Assembly (NCBI GenBank): GCA_046759445.1 | Contig: JBHICG010000006.1 | Coordinates: 36,945-100,944, forward strand | Source of the DNA: Candidatus Scalinduaceae bacterium | Lineage (GTDB): Bacteria > Planctomycetota > Brocadiia > Brocadiales > Scalinduaceae | DNA: 64,000 nucleotides | Reading direction: 5' to 3' | In this document: positions 30,592 through 41,547 of the stretch, piece by piece | Position numbering within the stretch: position 1 is the stretch's first letter | Layout of the letters: every line of letters begins with the position of its first letter | Translations under genes and position numbers: made by a program | The notes under the pieces: generated by a model | Told to the model about the DNA's origin: nothing | Database searches by the model: none | Seen by the model: only the letters and a program-made list of their open reading frames with translations

Positions 30592-30751
30592 CTAAATTGA
30601 GCGATTTGTGTAGCCGCAACCTTTAGGTTGCGTAATTTACGTGAAATCTTCATATACCCATCAGGTGATAAGAAACGCAGGCTTATCCCGTTGCTGATAT
30701 CTACGGGACTTAAGCACTGCGACTACAGTAATATAAAATCGCTCAATTTAG
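30592..30751. repeat. Nested palindromic element (16-bp outer IR, GTAG-type REP inside)
   Basis: CTAAATTGAGCGATTT and AAATCGCTCAATTTAG; inner TGTAGCCGCAACCTTTAGGTTGCG ... TGCGACTACA. Confidence 0.75.
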
Positions 30752-30770
30752 GTTAAAGCTAATTTAAACT

Positions 30771-32231
30771 ATGGTTGACTTTAGAAGCAGAACAAAAGAG
30801 AAAGTAGTAATCCAGGAGATCAATTCAGATATAGATCCATTAAAGATATTTAAATACTCGCAGGATTATCCAAAAAATTTCTTTCTTGACAGCGCTGTTA
30901 AGAGCCAAAAACTGGGAAGATACTCATTTATTGGCTACAATCCATTTCTTACAATTATGTCAAAAGGAAATAACATACTGATACAAGATCGTCAAAACAT
31001 TACCAAGAAAAGGGGGAATCCTTTTGACGAATTAGGAAATCTCTTGAGGCTTTTCCATATTAATAATAATCCTAAACCTGTCCCGTTTTCGTGTGGTGCA
31101 GTTGGATACTTTGCTTATGATTTATGCCATTTCATAGAAAAAATACCGAATACAACGATTGATGACATTGAATTTCCAGAAATGTACTTTAGTTTTTATG
31201 ATACAGTTATCAGTTTCGACCATTACGAAAATAAATGTTTTATTACGGCGTTTAATTTTAGTCCATATTCTAGAAAAAGTACAGAGAAAAGAATCAACCA
31301 GATATCAAGAATGATAAACCAAAGAATGGTCAGGTCGTATGAGGAAGAGCCTAGGATTGCCGGAAGCATAATAAAGCGAAAGATAATAAGTAATTTCTCT
31401 AAGGAAAATTACTTAAGGGCAATAGAATACGCAAAGCAATATATTTACTCAGGTGATATTTATCAGACAAATCTTTCGCATAGGTTTCAAACTCAGATAG
31501 AGAGGTCACCTTATAAAATATATGAAAGATTGAGAGAAATAAACCCGGCTCCGTTTTCATGTTACTTAAAGTTTGACAACAAATACGTAATAAGTTCGTC
31601 TCCAGAAAGATTCTTGTCAGTACGGAATATGCCTGATAATAATGGTAACGGTGGCAATGAGATAATACGAAATGTACAAACAAGACCAATCAAGGGGACT
31701 AGACCTAGATGCAGCCATAATGATGTAAATGAGAGAATGAAGAAGGATTTACTTTCAAGCAAGAAAGATGCTGCTGAGTTAAGTATGATTGTAGACGTAG
31801 AACGCAACGATTTGGGGCGAGTATGTAGTTATAATACAATTAGGGTAACTGAGAAAAAGGAACTGGAAGAGCATCCTACTGTTTATCATCTCGTTGCCAC
31901 TGTCGAGGGAAAGCTTCATCCTCGATATGATATAATAGATTTAATTAAGGCAACATTTCCAGGAGGTTCTATCACTGGTGCACCAAAGGTCAGGGCAATG
32001 CAGATAATCGATGAACTAGAACCTACCAAGCGAAGTGTATACACGGGAGCTATTGGATATATAAGTTTTGATGGAAACATTGATTTTAACATTGCTATCA
32101 GAACATTCTTGGCAAAAGATGATCATGTATATTTTCAGGTTGGAGGAGGAATTGTTGCCGACTCTGATCCAGAAAAAGAGTATGAGGAAACATTGCACAA
32201 GGCGAAGGCCCTAATAGATACACTTGAGTAA
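30771..32231 (+). CDS. pabB: Aminodeoxychorismate synthase component I
   Basis: GDIYQTNL, NPAPFS, SSPERFL, PIKGT (PabB-type), FPGGSITGAPK. Confidence 0.9.
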   Translation: MVDFRSRTKEKVVIQEINSDIDPLKIFKYSQDYPKNFFLDSAVKSQKLGRYSFIGYNPFLTIMSKGNNILIQDRQNITKKRGNPFDELGNLLRLFHINNNPKPVPFSCGAVGYFAYDLCHFIEKIPNTTIDDIEFPEMYFSFYDTVISFDHYENKCFITAFNFSPYSRKSTEKRINQISRMINQRMVRSYEEEPRIAGSIIKRKIISNFSKENYLRAIEYAKQYIYSGDIYQTNLSHRFQTQIERSPYKIYERLREINPAPFSCYLKFDNKYVISSSPERFLSVRNMPDNNGNGGNEIIRNVQTRPIKGTRPRCSHNDVNERMKKDLLSSKKDAAELSMIVDVERNDLGRVCSYNTIRVTEKKELEEHPTVYHLVATVEGKLHPRYDIIDLIKATFPGGSITGAPKVRAMQIIDELEPTKRSVYTGAIGYISFDGNIDFNIAIRTFLAKDDHVYFQVGGGIVADSDPEKEYEETLHKAKALIDTLE

Positions 32232-32296
32232 AGTTTCTGTTAAGCACAGATAAACGCAGCGCAGCCGAAACCAAGTTTGAAGTGTCTTAAGTGAAC

Positions 32297-32365
32297 TAAA
32301 GTGCCTAAAGTTAAAAAATTGTTTTTTACTACAATTTTAGCTCACTTCAAACTTTAGGCACTTTA
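32297..32365. repeat. Palindromic intergenic repeat
   Basis: TAAAGTGCCTAAAGTT and AACTTTAGGCACTTTA form a 16-bp perfect IR. Confidence 0.75.
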
Positions 32366-32445
32366 AACTTTTTGTGAGATTAAAAATATTGCTAAAAGAA
32401 TCAGTTTTTACACATTTTTAGTATAGATGAACAACGATCAATGTA

Positions 32446-33300
32446 ATGCAAAGTGCCAGGTTTATCTTTTTAAACGGAAAGATTGTATCAGATACAGAAG
32501 GACATATCTCTTTAAGAGACAGAGGGTTCTTATACGGAGACGGTATTTTTGAAACGCTACGTTCATACAATGGTATTCCTTTTAAACTTAGTGAGCATTT
32601 AAGTCGTCTACGTTCTTCGGCCGGGAAACTCAAAATTCCATTTGAATATACGATAAAAGAAATAAGCAAGAACGTTAAAGAATTACTTAAGATAAATAAC
32701 ATCCCGGATGCCTACATCAGGATAACGCTATCAAGGGGAATAGGAAACAATGGGCTTGGAATTAATGATAACTTTGAATCAACACTGTTAATTCAAAGCA
32801 AGCCTTTTATGCCCTATGAAAAAGAATTGTATAAAAAAGGAATGTCTCTAAATGTCTCAAAGACCAGAAGAAGTACGTCATGTCCAATATCCTGTCATAA
32901 GACGACCAATCTCTTAACAAGTATCTTACTGAAAGAAGAAGCAAAAGAAAAATCAGCCCATGAGGTAATTATCCTCAATACAGATGGGTATGTAGCTGAG
33001 TGTATAGTCAGCAACATCTTTATTGTGGACAGTAGGAAAGTTATGACTCCCTCACTCGATACGAATATCCTGCCGGGGATAACACGAAAGATCGTACTTA
33101 ATATTTGTAAAGGCAGCGGTATTTCTACCAATGAAGATCGTTTCAGGATAGAAACGTTAATAAAAGCAGACGAGGTCTTTATTACTAATTCTTTAATGGA
33201 AATAATGCCAATAGCTAAGATTGAAGGTAATAAGATAGGAAAAACTATACCTGGAGAGATTACGTCACAGCTTATGAATGCCTATAAAGATTTAACTTGA
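32446..33300 (+). CDS. pabC: Class IV aminotransferase, probable aminodeoxychorismate lyase
   Basis: DRGFLYGDGIFET, HKTTN, ILPGITR; directly downstream of pabB. Confidence 0.8.
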   Translation: MQSARFIFLNGKIVSDTEGHISLRDRGFLYGDGIFETLRSYNGIPFKLSEHLSRLRSSAGKLKIPFEYTIKEISKNVKELLKINNIPDAYIRITLSRGIGNNGLGINDNFESTLLIQSKPFMPYEKELYKKGMSLNVSKTRRSTSCPISCHKTTNLLTSILLKEEAKEKSAHEVIILNTDGYVAECIVSNIFIVDSRKVMTPSLDTNILPGITRKIVLNICKGSGISTNEDRFRIETLIKADEVFITNSLMEIMPIAKIEGNKIGKTIPGEITSQLMNAYKDLT

Positions 33301-33448
33301 TAATATAGCCTTTCTTCCAATTTAAATATTACAATAATCATCTTATACAGCTAGATAATTATAAAAACATACTTGAGAAAATTCGATTATTTTATAAAAT
33401 CCGTTACTATACAAATATATATATTAAATTATATTGGTAATAAAAACA

Positions 33449-34162
33449 ATGGGATCATTACCTCAAGCAAAACGTTATGAAATTGCAGCTGAATTTGGCT
33501 TTAGATGTGCTATTTGCCGTGCGCCAGTGTGGGAAATACATCATATCGTTGAGCAAGAGCATGGAGGTACTGATAATCGAACTAACCTCATACCACTATG
33601 TCCTAATCATCATCAAGCCTATTACCACCGTGAAAAACTTATAAAGAAACCAGAACTAATAAATTTAAGAGAAAATCCGATAGGACTGAACGACTGTGAG
33701 GGACTGTTTGTGGGCCCCTTAAGTAATCAAAAAACAATTTTGATTGGTAACTGTGAATTCATAGATTGTCATCCAATTTTTAGTTATGAAAATATACCAA
33801 TCATTGATATCATGTGTGGTAATGCATATCAGTCACACCTGTATCTTTACTGTGAAGACAGAAATGGCCAACCAGTAGTTCAGATTCAGAATGGAGAATG
33901 GGTTGTTGGAAAAGGTGCTTTTAGATTTGAAAACACTCCTACTTATATTTCTATACAAGATGACCAACAACCAAGGGAACTTTTGCGTGTGTCCCTTGAT
34001 CAAAATTCACATCTTAGACTAAATGGTTGCTTCTATATTGATAAGCATTATATTGAAATTAGCCCAGATGAGTTCCGCGTTAATAGAATAGGTGTAAGCG
34101 GAAGCTCAGTGAAAGGTGTACCAGGTTTCCGAATAATGAAAAATGGTAGAGTATTATTTTAG
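33449..34162 (+). CDS. HNH endonuclease domain protein with unknown C-terminal domain
   Basis: CAIC...EIHHI...GG....NLIPLCPNHH. Confidence 0.8.
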   Translation: MGSLPQAKRYEIAAEFGFRCAICRAPVWEIHHIVEQEHGGTDNRTNLIPLCPNHHQAYYHREKLIKKPELINLRENPIGLNDCEGLFVGPLSNQKTILIGNCEFIDCHPIFSYENIPIIDIMCGNAYQSHLYLYCEDRNGQPVVQIQNGEWVVGKGAFRFENTPTYISIQDDQQPRELLRVSLDQNSHLRLNGCFYIDKHYIEISPDEFRVNRIGVSGSSVKGVPGFRIMKNGRVLF

Positions 34163-34185
34163 CTTTAGAAAGAAGTTAGTTCTAT

Positions 34186-34521
34186 ATGCCAATTTATGAA
34201 TACAGTTGTGAAGGTTGCAATTATAGATTTGAAGACCTTGCTAGTATTAGTGACTCTTCCAAGAAAATGGTTGAATGCCCTAAATGTAAAGAAAAATTTG
34301 CTCATAAGATTCCTTCGCGTTTTAGTGTAAATAAAAGCGTTAACCAGAAAAAACCTCTTAAAACTGATAACAAGGAAAATCTAAATGAGCGTAGAGCAGC
34401 AATTAATATTGGTAATGCTGGGAATGTAAAATTAGACAACCTATTGGTTAAGGGAGGCCATGTAGCTAATGTATATGGTAATGCAAATGTTAAAATTAAA
34501 AATTGCAAGCGAATTCCTTAA
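34186..34521 (+). CDS. FmdB-family zinc-ribbon protein
   Basis: MPIYEYSCEGC...FE...CPKC. Confidence 0.8.
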   Translation: MPIYEYSCEGCNYRFEDLASISDSSKKMVECPKCKEKFAHKIPSRFSVNKSVNQKKPLKTDNKENLNERRAAINIGNAGNVKLDNLLVKGGHVANVYGNANVKIKNCKRIP

Positions 34522-34560
34522 AAGGGATAATAGGTTCAACTGTCCCTATTCGTTTAAAGT

Positions 34561-35451
34561 TTAATTTAAAATGGATCTTGGTACAATTACGGGTACTGCT
34601 TTGGGTATGATTTCAAACATTGTAGGAACGTAACCTGCAAACTCACCATCTATTTGATACGGAACATGTAAATCTGAAGTAACTGACACAATCTTACCTT
34701 TAATATACCTGACATCTTCTGATTCGGGCAAAGTTCTCATAAAGGCTTTTAAGATATGTCTTAGGATACTAAGGCGTCTTTTCATCTTTATTATGCACAC
34801 ATCAAATATTCCGTCATTAACTTTTGCATAAGACGTAACTTCTATAGGACCGGCATAGCTCTTTGTATTTCCGATAAAGACAAGACCAGCATTTTTTTCA
34901 ATTAATTTTCCATCTATTTCTACAGATAATTTCGGATATTTGTAATTTAGTAGATTTTTAATTATTGGGATTGCATAGGAAAAATAACTGATATTGCCAA
35001 CCCTTCTAAGACTTAAGTCTTTAACTACCATTGCATCGAGACCAACACCGCCTAAAAGGGCAAAATATCCTTTTTCATTCCTTCCTAAATCCAATTTCAA
35101 TTCATTTTCTTGTGCGATTACCTCACATGCATTTATAATATCAAAAGGAATTTTTAATTCCTTTGCAAGAACGTTTGCTGTACCCGTAGGAATAATACCA
35201 ATTCTTATTTTCCAGTTTCTTAAGCCATTTATAACCTCATTAAAGGTACCATCACCACCCATGATAATAATTTTATAATCGTCGTCATTAAGACGTTGTA
35301 CAGCCTTTCTGGCATCACCTCGTCTTTTCGTCTCGCAAAAATCTATCACGTAATCTCTGTCTTTAAAAAACCCCAATGTCTTATGTACGAGTTCTTTAGA
35401 AATACCTTTACCTGCAATAGGGTTCAATATAATTAATAACTTCTTTTGCAT
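34561..35451 (-). CDS. Diacylglycerol/lipid kinase family protein (YegS/DgkB-like)
   Basis: NPIAG, GGDGT, PTGTANVLA, QIDGE. Confidence 0.92.
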   Translation of the reverse strand: MQKKLLIILNPIAGKGISKELVHKTLGFFKDRDYVIDFCETKRRGDARKAVQRLNDDDYKIIIMGGDGTFNEVINGLRNWKIRIGIIPTGTANVLAKELKIPFDIINACEVIAQENELKLDLGRNEKGYFALLGGVGLDAMVVKDLSLRRVGNISYFSYAIPIIKNLLNYKYPKLSVEIDGKLIEKNAGLVFIGNTKSYAGPIEVTSYAKVNDGIFDVCIIKMKRRLSILRHILKAFMRTLPESEDVRYIKGKIVSVTSDLHVPYQIDGEFAGYVPTMFEIIPKAVPVIVPRSILN

Positions 35452-35460
35452 ATTTCAACA

Positions 35461-37011
35461 TCATTCCCATTCAATAGTGCTTGGTGGTTTGGAGCTGATA
35501 TCGTAGACAACGCGGTTAACGCCTCTAACCTCGTTGATGATGCGGTTCGAAATACTGGTCAATACCTCGTGCGGTAGTTTTACCCAATTTGCAGTCATAA
35601 AGTCGGTTGTTTCAACAGCTCTTAAGGCAATAACATTCTCATAGCTTCTCTCATCTCCCATAACGCCAACGGTACTTACTGGCAAGAAGACAGTAAATGC
35701 CTGAGCAATCTTTTTATAAAGGTCTGCAGATTGTATTTCCTGGATCATTATTTCATCTGCAAGCCTGAGGATCTCCAATCGGTCTTGTGTAATTTCTCCT
35801 ATTATCCTTATTGCAAGGCCTGGACCGGGAAAGGGATGTCTCCATATAATCTCATCTGGCAGCCCAAGTTCCGTACCTATTTTTCTTACTTCATCCTTAA
35901 AAAGCTCTTTGAGGGGCTCGACAAGCTCAAACCCCAATTCTGCTGGTAATGCTCCCACATTATGATGACTTTTTATAGTAGCAGTAGGTCCACCATGTGC
36001 AGCAACGCTTTCTATAATATCCGGATATAGGGTGCCCTGTGCCAGGTATCTGATACCGGCCAGCTTCTTTGCTTCTTCCCTAAACACATCAATAAACTCG
36101 TGACCAATAATTTTTCGTTTCTGCTCCGGATCAACTACTCCTGATAATTTTTTTAAAAATCTATCTTTGGCATTTACAAAATGTAAATCTACTTTGAAAT
36201 TTTTCTTGAAGGTTTCAATTACACATTCTGATTCATTCGTTCTTAGTAATCCATTATCGACAAAGATGCAAGAAAGTCTACTGCCTATCGCATTATAAAT
36301 AAGAGCGGCGGCAACCGCAGAATCTACACCGCCTGATAAACCGCATATGACCTTCTCTTTTCCAACCTGCTGTCGTATATATTCTATTGTCCTGTCTATA
36401 TAAGAGCTCATCTTCCAATCACCTGTGCAATCACAAATTTTGAATAAAAAGTTACGCAGAATCTGATTACCAGATGGTGTGTGTGTTACTTCCGGATGGA
36501 ATTGAACACCGTAAAAATCCTTATTCTTATGCCTTACGGCAGCATACGGGCAGTTTTCAGTATATGCAAGTGATTGAAATTCATCAGGGAGTTCTATTAC
36601 TTGATCACCATGACTCATCCAGACGCTTATAGTATTATCAATTGAGTCAAAAAGGAGATTGTGGTCTTTGATTGTACATTTGGTCTGTCCATATTCCCTG
36701 TTTTCTGAAGGTTTTATTTTGGCGCCTAGTATCTGGCTTGCCAATTGCAACCCGTAACAAATTCCTAGGATTGGAACGTCCGTATAAAGTATCTTGTCAT
36801 CACAGCGAGGTGCATCAGGTACATAAACACTTGCAGGCCCTCCACTCAATATTATTCCTTTAGGGTTTAAGTGCCTGATCTCTTCTGGAGTTATTTTATA
36901 TGATACAATTTTACTATATACGTTCTGTTCTCTGATTCTCCTTGCTATTAAATGAGAATACTGTGAGCCAAAATCTATTACGATTACAATTTCGCTGGTT
37001 TCTTTTTGCAT
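35461..37011 (-). CDS. guaA: GMP synthase (glutamine-hydrolysing)
   Basis: [40 protein letters not shown]; start placed at MQKETS. Confidence 0.97.
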   Translation of the reverse strand: MQKETSEIVIVIDFGSQYSHLIARRIREQNVYSKIVSYKITPEEIRHLNPKGIILSGGPASVYVPDAPRCDDKILYTDVPILGICYGLQLASQILGAKIKPSENREYGQTKCTIKDHNLLFDSIDNTISVWMSHGDQVIELPDEFQSLAYTENCPYAAVRHKNKDFYGVQFHPEVTHTPSGNQILRNFLFKICDCTGDWKMSSYIDRTIEYIRQQVGKEKVICGLSGGVDSAVAAALIYNAIGSRLSCIFVDNGLLRTNESECVIETFKKNFKVDLHFVNAKDRFLKKLSGVVDPEQKRKIIGHEFIDVFREEAKKLAGIRYLAQGTLYPDIIESVAAHGGPTATIKSHHNVGALPAELGFELVEPLKELFKDEVRKIGTELGLPDEIIWRHPFPGPGLAIRIIGEITQDRLEILRLADEIMIQEIQSADLYKKIAQAFTVFLPVSTVGVMGDERSYENVIALRAVETTDFMTANWVKLPHEVLTSISNRIINEVRGVNRVVYDISSKPPSTIEWE

Positions 37012-37383
37012 ATCTTTATAGATATAACGTTTACTATATACTACAAAAATAATCAAGCTTGAATTTAAATTACATTGATCTGAATATAAACTATGGAACT
37101 CTCCTGAAGGGCTTGTCTGCTAACGGGCAGGGAGGGAATACTCCTATTTTCGAGAGGAATTTAATTTTCATAATTTATGGTGCCACAAAGTGGCATAAAG
37201 ACTTATAGTGAAGGTTTTAGTGGTTAATAACCTCTTTAAAAAACCCTTGACTTTGCATTTTCAATTAGTTATATATTAAACTAATTGAGTATTACACTAA
37301 TATTGATTTTGTAAGCTTTTTAAAGATAATTGAAAACGATACTGGTATATTTCACTAAAAAAAAATAGTAAGGAGTTATTAAT

Positions 37384-37767
37384 TTGAAAGCATCAGAATT
37401 GTCACAGTTTAAAAAAATTTTGTTAGAGATTAGAGAAAAATTGTTGGGAAATGTAAATCACATGGAAGACGAAGCTTTAAGGAAATCCAGACAGGATGCA
37501 TCAGGTGATCTTTCAAATGTGCCTATTCATATGGCTGATGTTGGGACTGACAACTACGGTCGTGATTTGACTATTGGACTGATTCAAAATGGTGAAGAAG
37601 AGCTAAGGGCTATTGATGAGGCCTTAGAAAGGATAAATAATAAAACTTACGGTTTGTGTGATGAATGTGGAAAGAAGATTTCCAAAACGCGTCTTACAGC
37701 ATTGCCTTATGTTAAGTGTTGTATTGAATGCCAGAGACAGGAGGAACTAGGAACTGGTAAGCCTTAA
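37384..37767 (+). CDS. dksA: DksA/TraR C4 zinc-finger protein
   Basis: HMADVGTD coiled-coil tip, YGLCDECG...RLTALP...CIEC. Confidence 0.85.
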   Translation: MKASELSQFKKILLEIREKLLGNVNHMEDEALRKSRQDASGDLSNVPIHMADVGTDNYGRDLTIGLIQNGEEELRAIDEALERINNKTYGLCDECGKKISKTRLTALPYVKCCIECQRQEELGTGKP

Positions 37768-38248
37768 GGTCTCGAAAAATACCACTATATTTTTTTTTGT
37801 TGCACTTTGTGGTATTTTACTTGACCTTACAACGAAGAGCATAATATTCGAGAAATTTAAGGATAGTGGAAGATATGTAATCATACCAAATTTTTTGGGG
37901 ATAATCTGTAGCGAAAATGAGGGTATCGTTTTTGGTTTTGCTCAAGGGAAAAACGATATCCTCATTTTCTTTTCTATAGCGGCAATTGGTGCCATCTTAT
38001 GGTTTTACAAAAATTATGACAGATCAAGCTTATATTCTAGCATTGCTTTTGGTATGATTTTTTCAGGTGCTATAGGAAATTTGTGGGATAGGATTTTTCA
38101 TCATCATGTTAGGGATTTTATTGATGTTCATTTAGGATTTAAATATCATTGGCCAACTTTTAATATTGCGGATTCTCTTATATGTATAGGTGTTGCTTTA
38201 CTCTTTTGCGAAATGTTATTTTCGAAAAAGACTAAGAATATTACTTAG
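37754..38248 (+). CDS. lspA: Lipoprotein signal peptidase II, likely non-canonical CTG start
   Basis: N.G..FG, GAIGNLWDR, VRDFI, WPTFNIAD; frame open from 37751 includes the first TM helix and DLTTK. Confidence 0.9.
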   Translation: MVSLKVSKNTTIFFFVALCGILLDLTTKSIIFEKFKDSGRYVIIPNFLGIICSENEGIVFGFAQGKNDILIFFSIAAIGAILWFYKNYDRSSLYSSIAFGMIFSGAIGNLWDRIFHHHVRDFIDVHLGFKYHWPTFNIADSLICIGVALLFCEMLFSKKTKNIT

Positions 38249-39110
38249 CCGCAACATTATTGGTAAGTTCTTGATACTTCTTTAACAAACTAAGTGTGAC
38301 TTTACCCGGCCTTCCTGAAGAAATATTTCGTCCGTCTATCTTCACTACAGGTATAATTTCAGCAGCGGTACCAGTCAAAAAGCATTCATCAGCCACATAT
38401 AAATCATAGCGTGTTAGTTGTTCTTCCTTTACTGCCATACCTTCTTTTTTAGCCAAATCTATAACAACATTCCTTGTTATCCCTATCAAGATTCCTGCAT
38501 AAGTTGGAGGTGTATATACTATGTTGTCTTTTACTATGAAAATATTGTCGCCCGTACATTCTGCTACGTAACCGTCTTTATTGAGCATGACACCTTCGGC
38601 GACACCAGCATTAATACACTCAATTTTTGCCAGAATGTTATTAAGGTAATTTAAAGACTTTATCTTAGGATTGAGCGCTTCATAATGATTACGTATTGTT
38701 GTAACGGTGATAATATCTAGACCTTTTTTGTATAATTCCTTAGTATATAGTTCAATGTAATCTGTTATAATAATCACCTGTGATTCCAAGCAATTAAAGG
38801 GGTCGAGACCAAGCTTCCCTATTCCCCTTGTTACCACTACCCTGATGTATGCATCCTTCATATTATTTGCATCGATTGTAGTCACAATGGCTTCTTTAAG
38901 CTTTTCTTTGGTCATTGGCATCTTCAAGGCAATCGCTTTGGCAGAATTGAAAAGTCTATCGATATGTTCAGAAAACTTAAAAATGTTATTGTTGTAACAT
39001 CTAATACCTTCAAAAACACCGTCTCCATATAACAAGCCATGGTCAAACACAGATACCTTGGCATCTTCTTTAGGATACAACTTTCCATTTATGCATACCT
39101 TGAGCCCCAT
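38241..39110 (-). CDS. ilvE: Branched-chain amino acid aminotransferase
   Basis: DHGLLYGDGVFEGIR, KSLNYLNN, ECFLTGTAAE. Confidence 0.93.
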   Translation of the reverse strand: MGLKVCINGKLYPKEDAKVSVFDHGLLYGDGVFEGIRCYNNNIFKFSEHIDRLFNSAKAIALKMPMTKEKLKEAIVTTIDANNMKDAYIRVVVTRGIGKLGLDPFNCLESQVIIITDYIELYTKELYKKGLDIITVTTIRNHYEALNPKIKSLNYLNNILAKIECINAGVAEGVMLNKDGYVAECTGDNIFIVKDNIVYTPPTYAGILIGITRNVVIDLAKKEGMAVKEEQLTRYDLYVADECFLTGTAAEIIPVVKIDGRNISSGRPGKVTLSLLKKYQELTNNVAAK

Positions 39111-39125
39111 CTACAACTACTCCCT

Positions 39126-39842
39126 TCAATTTCCAGGATGATTCATAATTTTTCCATCTGCTATCTTTACTACACGTCCTGCCATTTTAGCAAACCTTTC
39201 GTCATGGGTAACTATAACCACGGTCTGTTTTGTACTCTCATTTAATTCCCAAATTAAATCTTGAATTTCTCTTCCTGATTTTGTATCTAGATTGCCTGTT
39301 GGTTCATCACATAATAGTACTTCGGGGTCATTCATTAAGGCCCTGACAGTTGCTACCCTTTGTTTTTCACCACCTGATAGTTCGTCCGGTCTATGGTTAA
39401 TCCTGTTACCCAGACCTACTCTTTTTAAGAGCTGAATTGCTTTTTCAATATTTTCTTTTTTAGATTTTGTTTTGAGGAATCGTTGACCAATCAGGCAGGG
39501 CATCAAAACATTTTCAAGAGCGCTAAAGTCAGGTAAAAGATGATAAAATTGAAAAACAAAACCGAAGATTCTGCTGCGTTTCTCGGCCAATTTTTTCTGT
39601 CCTACAGTACTTAAGTTTTCTCCCTTGAAACTTACGTAGCCTGAGGTGGGTGTGTCTAATATGCCCAGTATATGTAGGAGAGTACTTTTTCCTGCACCAG
39701 AAGCCCCCAGGATTATTAATATCTCACTCTTTTTTACATCCAGACTTATTCCACTAAGTACACGAAGTACGTTTTTACCTATTTTATATTCTTTGTATAT
39801 ATCTTTGGCACACAGGAAGTCGCTATTAATTGTTTCTGGCAT
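39126..39842 (-). CDS. lolD: LolD-like ABC ATPase
   Basis: GASGAGKSTLLH, GFVFQFYHLL, LSGGEKQR, DEPTGNLD, VTHD. Confidence 0.8.
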   Translation of the reverse strand: MPETINSDFLCAKDIYKEYKIGKNVLRVLSGISLDVKKSEILIILGASGAGKSTLLHILGILDTPTSGYVSFKGENLSTVGQKKLAEKRSRIFGFVFQFYHLLPDFSALENVLMPCLIGQRFLKTKSKKENIEKAIQLLKRVGLGNRINHRPDELSGGEKQRVATVRALMNDPEVLLCDEPTGNLDTKSGREIQDLIWELNESTKQTVVIVTHDERFAKMAGRVVKIADGKIMNHPGN

Positions 39843-39949
39843 ATTTTACTTTATAATATTAAAATATTTTGCAAACTTCTATTTGGCAACTCAATATTTT
39901 AGATGTGTTTGAGCTTATAACATTTCAGTTGCAAATGAAAAAAAATTCA

Positions 39950-41380
39950 TCAACGTTGCTGACGTAACAATGGGAATAAAATTACGTCTCTAATGGAAAG
40001 GCTATTGGTCAGAATCATGATCAATCTATCAATGCCTATTCCCAAGCCGCCTGCAGGTGGCATTCCATATTTAAGCGATTCAAGAAAATCCTCGTCTATT
40101 TTTCCTTCTTTATCACCATTGGCTATTTGGTCATGGAACCGTTTGCTTTGTTCAATCGGTTCGTTTAATTCAGAATAAGAATTAGCAATTTCCATAGTAG
40201 CAATATATAATTCAAACCTTTGTGCTAAATCAGGATCATTATCACATGATTTTGTCAACGGGCAAATAGTAACAGGATAATCAATTACAAACGTTGGATT
40301 CCACAATTCCTTTTCAACAAGTTGCTCAAATATGTTTTCTGCAATAATATCTTTATGTATGCCTTCAACTTCTATTCCCAACTCCCTGCCTTTTTTTTGT
40401 AACCCACTTTCATCATTTAAATTAACTGAAGCATATTTTGACAAAAGCTCACTAAAAGTACTTCTCTGCCAGGGTGGTGACATATCCAAATTGCGATTAC
40501 CGTAAGGAATATCATAATTGTTATACAACTCGTTAACTAGAGTCATAATCAGGTTTTCCGTCAATTCCATCATTCCTTTGTAATCACTATACGCTTGATA
40601 TACTTCCATCATCGTAAATTCAGGATTGTGTCTTGTAGAAATGCCTTCGTTTCGGAAATTGCGATTAATTTCGTAAACCCTTTCCATACCTCCAACAAGC
40701 AGTCTTTTTAAATACAATTCAGGCGCTATGCGTAGAAACAAATCCATGTCTAGAACATTGTGATGAGTGATAAAAGGCTTTGCCACCGCTCCACCAGGGA
40801 TGGGTTGCATCATGGGGGTATCAACCTCAACAAATTTTCTGTTATCTAGAAAACTCCTTATTGATTTTATAATACTCGATCTCTTTAAAAATGTATCCAT
40901 TACCTTATCGTTAGACAAAAGGTCAAGGTAACGTTGCCTGTATCTAATTTCAACATCCCTTAAACCATGCCATTTTTCTGGTGGTGGGAGGAGTGCTTTA
41001 GAAAGTACAGTAAAATCATCAGCAAAAATGGTAATTTCGCCTGTTCTGGTCTTAAATAAACCCCCTTCAATGCCAATTATGTCGCCCAGGTCCAGCAGGT
41101 GAAAGATATCAAATTTTTCTTTGCCAACTTTATCCAGTTTTATGTAAACCTGAAGCTTGCCTGTCCAATCCTTTATGTGCAGAAACGCAGCCTTGCCATG
41201 AGGTCTCATTGTCATAATCCGTCCTGCGCATCTTGCCTTTGCGCCTTCACCATCATTTGAATAAGTATCTATGGCTTGCTTTAAGGTGATGGTATGATTG
41301 TAATTGCCACCATACGGCTCAAATCCCTTGTCCTTAAGTTTACGGGCCTTTTCAGTTCTATTTTTTTCAAATGTTTCCAC
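39950..41380 (-). CDS. lysS: Lysine--tRNA ligase (class II)
   Basis: RYRQRYLDL, LRIAPELYLKRL, FRNEG, YGMPPAGGLGIGIDRL. Confidence 0.97.
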   Translation of the reverse strand: METFEKNRTEKARKLKDKGFEPYGGNYNHTITLKQAIDTYSNDGEGAKARCAGRIMTMRPHGKAAFLHIKDWTGKLQVYIKLDKVGKEKFDIFHLLDLGDIIGIEGGLFKTRTGEITIFADDFTVLSKALLPPPEKWHGLRDVEIRYRQRYLDLLSNDKVMDTFLKRSSIIKSIRSFLDNRKFVEVDTPMMQPIPGGAVAKPFITHHNVLDMDLFLRIAPELYLKRLLVGGMERVYEINRNFRNEGISTRHNPEFTMMEVYQAYSDYKGMMELTENLIMTLVNELYNNYDIPYGNRNLDMSPPWQRSTFSELLSKYASVNLNDESGLQKKGRELGIEVEGIHKDIIAENIFEQLVEKELWNPTFVIDYPVTICPLTKSCDNDPDLAQRFELYIATMEIANSYSELNEPIEQSKRFHDQIANGDKEGKIDEDFLESLKYGMPPAGGLGIGIDRLIMILTNSLSIRDVILFPLLRQQR

Positions 41381-41547
41381 TGAATCTCTCTAACCTCAAA
41401 TGTTATCAACTCTTACTACACTTGGTCAGGAAGTTATTCTATCAACAAAGAACATGCTGTCAAGCAAAATGCAAATCCACTCTTTTTTATAATAAAGAAC
41501 TTATATTTCTCCTTGAATAAAGGATTTAAAACAATTAAATTAGGAAC

